A stretch of 64,000 nt of DNA, from the IMG/VR virus record IMGVR_UViG_3300028591_000077, one strand, 5' to 3'. The translations under genes and the position numbers were made by a program. Origin of the DNA: a virus (taxonomy: Duplodnaviria; Heunggongvirae; Uroviricota; Caudoviricetes). The notes under the pieces were generated by a model, which saw only the letters and a program-made list of their open reading frames with translations, did not search any database and was not told where the DNA came from. Positions within the stretch are counted from its first letter, which is position 1. Every line of letters starts with the position of its first letter. Below are positions 61,753 to 64,000 of this stretch, one piece after another.

Positions 61753-62534
61753 TGGATAGATTAATTGAGAGTACGCCAAGAATAGCAGATGAAAAAGGGG
61801 CTGAAATCTTTTGGGATTGCGTCTCTAAATTAGCAAGTCTTGGAGAAGAATTTATTCTTACTTCAGAAGATTTTGAATTAGGTCCTTTTTATAATGCAAC
61901 AGGTCATCAAGGAACAACCGGTTTAGGTGTTAAAAATGATAAATTTTTTCAAGTAATTACTTTCAATAGAAACATGCTTAGAGAAGGTTTAGAGGACCTT
62001 TACCTTAATACAGTCTATCATGAACTTTGCCATGCTGTTGTAAATAAATATATGATTCTCCATAATATTATTAGTATGGATGAAAAGAAGGATATGGTTA
62101 TCAATGACCAAGAATTCTTCAATAAGATACACGATAATGACGGTCATGGCGGCATGTGGTTAGAGCTTGCTGAAAAAGTTACAAAGGCTTTCAATCTTGT
62201 TATTCCTATTACTGCTCATTGCTCTGATTCAGAAGTAGAATCTTTATTAACCGCTAATGATGATATTGAGCCAGTCATGGAAATTGCTTGTAGAAATTGT
62301 GATACACATATGAAATTCTTAGCTTTTGATAAAGCAGAGCTTCCAGAAATTCCTTTTTTAATTTTCCTTTATGCAAGCACAAGAGACGAGTTTCCAAACC
62401 ATTTTTGTAAAAAATGTAATGGAACATTGTATATTATAATAAGGGATGAAAGATTTAAAGCACTCTTAGAAGAGGGCGTTAAAGCAATGGCTATTCCTAT
62501 TATGTTTATGCGAATCACAGGAGGTATGATGTAA
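61752..62534 (+). CDS. SprT-like zinc metalloprotease
   Basis: HELCH, HGGMW, two CxxC pairs. Confidence 0.7.
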   Translation: MDRLIESTPRIADEKGAEIFWDCVSKLASLGEEFILTSEDFELGPFYNATGHQGTTGLGVKNDKFFQVITFNRNMLREGLEDLYLNTVYHELCHAVVNKYMILHNIISMDEKKDMVINDQEFFNKIHDNDGHGGMWLELAEKVTKAFNLVIPITAHCSDSEVESLLTANDDIEPVMEIACRNCDTHMKFLAFDKAELPEIPFLIFLYASTRDEFPNHFCKKCNGTLYIIIRDERFKALLEEGVKAMAIPIMFMRITGGMM

Positions 62535-62842
62535 TGGATAAAATCTTTATTGAACATACAGATTATCTTCCAGAAGGCTGGACTTTTGAGAGAATTAATG
62601 AGATTCTTGATAAAAAAGGCTTACCACTTACTAAAGAAAATCTTGCTAAAATCGTGTCAGAAGAAGCACTTAATTTAACTGAAGAAGATATAATTAAGTA
62701 TTTGGCCAATCAACCTGAATTTAAAAATGCACAAGTTCATATTCCACAAACAATGGGACAACCAAGAATGTCTTATGGTGAAGGCTTAAACGAAGATGAT
62801 GAGCTCAACCAAGACTTCCCAGAAGTAGATGGTGATGAATAA
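62534..62842 (+). CDS. Hypothetical protein
   Basis: TAATG coupling. Confidence 0.7.
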   Translation: MDKIFIEHTDYLPEGWTFERINEILDKKGLPLTKENLAKIVSEEALNLTEEDIIKYLANQPEFKNAQVHIPQTMGQPRMSYGEGLNEDDELNQDFPEVDGDE

Positions 62843-63156
62843 TGACATTAAAAGTTCATGTATATAATATTAAATATTCGAAAAGAACATCTGTAATTAG
62901 CGTCACCGGTCCAGATGCTTTAAGAAACTGGATGGAACCTAAATATATAAATGCTTATGGCAAGCATTATGCAGATGTATCAAATGCTGAAAATACAGCT
63001 GATGAAGTATTGCTAGAATTTGATGTAAACTTCTCATTTATGGAAGATATATTCAATAGATTAGACCAGGTTGAATATAGAATTAAGCTTGAGCTTAAAG
63101 AAAAAACAGGTCTTGATATTGAAAAATTCAATTATAAAATACTCAATATTGCCTAA
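62842..63156 (+). CDS. Hypothetical protein
   Basis: TAATG coupling. Confidence 0.7.
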   Translation: MTLKVHVYNIKYSKRTSVISVTGPDALRNWMEPKYINAYGKHYADVSNAENTADEVLLEFDVNFSFMEDIFNRLDQVEYRIKLELKEKTGLDIEKFNYKILNIA

Positions 63157-63388
63157 AAAAATAACCAAAAAAATTGGCTAAATTAAATAGAAAGCCGTAA
63201 GGTTTTCGACTCCGATACCGTATAATAAAATACCAGACGATAGTCAAAAAAGATACCTAAAAGATAATGATCTATACTTATCACTATGACTATCGTTCGG
63301 AGAAATTCGAACGATTTTTATTTTTATAGTAAAATTAGGTCGCTGGTTATTGTATAATAAAATGAACGATAGGAAAGGACGATACTCT

Positions 63389-63940
63389 ATGCAATTTATT
63401 AAAACTAGAAATGTGAAAGACCCTGTTAGGGTCGTTGAAGAGAATGCTGGCATTGACCTTTACATTCCTGAAAATGAGTTAAGCTTTCGCACTGATTTAC
63501 TCAGTAAGAATCCTAAACTTGTTATCGCGAATAATGGTTTTGCAGCATTTTTTAGTAGACTTTTTCACAAAACTTACTTTAGAAATGGTGTAATTCATGT
63601 CGCTCCTCATAAGGACATTATTATTCCATCAGGCATTAAGAGCAAATTCGACAAGAGTCTTGCTTTAATTGCCAACAATAAATCTGGTATTGCTACTAAG
63701 AAGAAATTCGTTTTCGGTGCTTCTGTTATTGATACTTCGTATCAAGGTGAATGGCACTTACATATGATTAATACTTCTGGTAGATATCAAGTTTTAGAAT
63801 GCGGCCAAAAGGCAATTCAATTTATTCCGCATGTTATTTCAGTTGAACCAGTTGAAGTTTTAAATGTGCCAGAAGGTGAATTCTATACAGAAAAGACCGC
63901 ACGTGGCTCCGGTTGGCAAGGAAGCACAGGCGTTAAATAG
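63389..63940 (+). CDS. dut: Trimeric dUTPase
   Basis: AGIDL, KSGIA, VIDTSYQGE, RGSGWQGSTG. Confidence 0.92.
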   Translation: MQFIKTRNVKDPVRVVEENAGIDLYIPENELSFRTDLLSKNPKLVIANNGFAAFFSRLFHKTYFRNGVIHVAPHKDIIIPSGIKSKFDKSLALIANNKSGIATKKKFVFGASVIDTSYQGEWHLHMINTSGRYQVLECGQKAIQFIPHVISVEPVEVLNVPEGEFYTEKTARGSGWQGSTGVK

Positions 63941-64000
63941 GAGAATAGCCCATGTCAAGATGTCCATTATATGATAAATGTAATCATAAAGACTGTGACA

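Overview
All features lie on the + strand of an AT-rich fragment of a large (jumbo-type) bacteriophage. A gut Bacillota/Bacilli-like host is inferred from the gene content, the sigmaA-type promoters and the tmRNA. The genome reads UGA as Trp: about 19 in-frame TGAs, no convincing gene ending in TGA, and a tRNA with a UCA anticodon. Layout: 0-22 kb is a translation island with about 46 tRNAs covering all 20 amino acids, tmRNA, large ncRNA candidates and a c-di-GMP-I riboswitch/SipW operon; 22-29 kb holds metabolic genes, holin-like genes, PhoH and an Ntn protease; 29.6-48 kb holds collagen-like tail fibres and paralogous receptor-binding/Ig-like proteins; 48-64 kb holds a type II topoisomerase, ThyA, DHFR, Fhs, FolD and dUTPase. 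Two systems stand out that I do not recognise as described. (1) Leader-peptide attenuators: four clear and one probable short ORF each precede a tRNA cluster. Each is built largely from the codons that the downstream tRNAs decode, and carries a strand (at or near its 3' end) that can pair with and disrupt the intrinsic terminator in front of those tRNAs. (2) Thirteen copies of a covarying bulged stem (GA-N5-bulge-RCU-UAYUUC ... AGY-N5'-C) enclose circularly permuted tRNAs, a whole tRNA, a mini-helix or bare anticodon stem-loops; three copies sit directly upstream of a large TerD-domain (possibly TROVE-like) gene. Coordinates were read by hand and may be off by a few bases.
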